The notes below the pieces were generated by a model. That model did not search any database, was not told the origin of the DNA, and was given only the letters and a program-made list of their open reading frames with translations. From a virus (taxonomy: Duplodnaviria; Caudoviricetes): 64,000 nt of DNA. The position numbers were made by a program, and so were the translations under genes. Below are positions 62,984-64,000 of this stretch, piece after piece; positions within the stretch are counted from its first letter, which is position 1; each line of letters starts with the position of its first letter. Location: the IMG/VR virus record IMGVR_UViG_3300033407_000006, positions 10,877-74,876 of that record; one strand, 5' to 3'.

Positions 62984-64000
62984 CTAGAGGGTGTCCAGAT
63001 TGCACATTTGGACCTTGAAGTTCATGACCGTTTGCGCGGCCTTGGTTCTGGGCTCGATATGCTTGATCGCCAGCATTTGCCCGAAGGAGTCGAAGAGCCC
63101 GATCTCGGAAACGTCCACGCCGTCCAGGTCGCTGTATCCGATCTGCCCGGTCACTTCCAGGGTGTTCGCATCAATGACCCTGTTGGCGAAGACGCGAACA
63201 CGCAAAAGCTCGTTGCTCAGGCCGGTCGCCGCGCTGTTTTCCGGGTCCGGCGTCCCGCCCGTGTGCCCGCCGTCGCCGAAGGCCATGAAGAACGGGACGG
63301 GGAAGGGCTCAGTGACTCCAACGGGCGATGAAAAGGCGTATTCGTCGTATCCGTCGCCAAGGGCCAGAACCGTTGCGTCGAAAGGATAGCTTAATTTGTA
63401 AGCCGCGATAAACCCTGTAAAAAAGTCGGTCAGGACGCTGCACCCGGCCCGGTAGATGTTGCGGTATCCACCAAGGACAATATGCAGCGGCTTGACGGCC
63501 AAGACGCGCTCTTCGATCTCCGCAAGGTCAACGGCCCCGTCCGTCACATCCACTTCGATAACGCCCCTGGAAGTCAGCGCCACGTCAACAAGGCCAGGAT
63601 TCTCCACGTCGAAGCCCATGGTCAGCAACTCCGAAGCCGTCAGGCAATCGTCGGGATAAGTGCCGCCGTCCATGAGGTAAAGCGGGGCCCATTCGCTCGT
63701 TTGGAATCCGGCCCGGCGAAGCACCCGCTCCATGGGGATGAATGTCTCTTTTTGCAAAACCTCAATTCGGCGCATCGCAACGGCCATTTGCCGGTTGCCT
63801 TCGGTCAAGGCCTGCTCGTAATAGCCCCCCAGCTCCTTGACGATCTGGAGCTGCCCGTCTTCGTCCGCCGTGTAGATGGAGCGAAGCGCGACGGCGCGGT
63901 CGAACTCGGGGTAAAATTCCTGCTCCCAAAGTTCTTCGTTGGCCTCTGCCAGCTCTTGCCAGCGGTCGCTTTCCTGCCGGAACTTGGCGAGTCGTTTTTT
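62984..64000 (-). CDS. P1 gp16-like baseplate protein with C-terminal tail-collar (gpR-like) domain, 5' end beyond window
   Basis: Frame is open to base 64000 (KKRLAKFRQES...). TSRG and KPLHIV motifs, EIGLFD...LA C-terminus. Confidence 0.7.
   Translation of the reverse strand, partial: KKRLAKFRQESDRWQELAEANEELWEQEFYPEFDRAVALRSIYTADEDGQLQIVKELGGYYEQALTEGNRQMAVAMRRIEVLQKETFIPMERVLRRAGFQTSEWAPLYLMDGGTYPDDCLTASELLTMGFDVENPGLVDVALTSRGVIEVDVTDGAVDLAEIEERVLAVKPLHIVLGGYRNIYRAGCSVLTDFFTGFIAAYKLSYPFDATVLALGDGYDEYAFSSPVGVTEPFPVPFFMAFGDGGHTGGTPDPENSAATGLSNELLRVRVFANRVIDANTLEVTGQIGYSDLDGVDVSEIGLFDSFGQMLAIKHIEPRTKAAQTVMNFKVQMCNLDTL

Larger units (their letters stand above)
1..64000. mobile_element. Temperate P1-like myophage genome segment (no host genes seen)
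   Basis: Contiguous capsid, baseplate, terminase, portal, protease, tail fibre, lysis, Dar and replication genes with P1-like sequences and gene blocks. Confidence 0.93.

Overview
The whole 64-kb window is one temperate phage genome segment, almost entirely on the minus strand, with a P1-like (Punavirus-type) virion module. That module comprises the gp23-like major capsid (partial, left edge), gp5/6/24/7/25/26-like tail and baseplate genes, PacA and an intein-containing PacB terminase, Prt portal, Pro protease, the hdf-darA...darB-ulx anti-restriction operon and a gp16-like gene (partial, right edge). It is combined with a lambdoid-type early region (replication initiator and loader, SbcCD, RdgC, SSB, Cro/CI-like switch) and an internal attP-like site (3' half of tRNA-Phe) with no integrase in the window. 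The SSB suggests a Desulfuromonadales-like host (inference). The main discovery candidate is two integron-like gene-cassette arrays (10.7-13.4 kb and 26.0-28.3 kb). They hold 10 canonical attC hairpins with cognate R'/R'' complementarity across most cassettes and an identical 20-bp attI-like head site. Every cassette ORF runs antisense to the canonical integron orientation, so it is co-oriented with phage transcription, and no IntI is present in the window. All protein family calls are by motif recognition from memory and were not database-verified.
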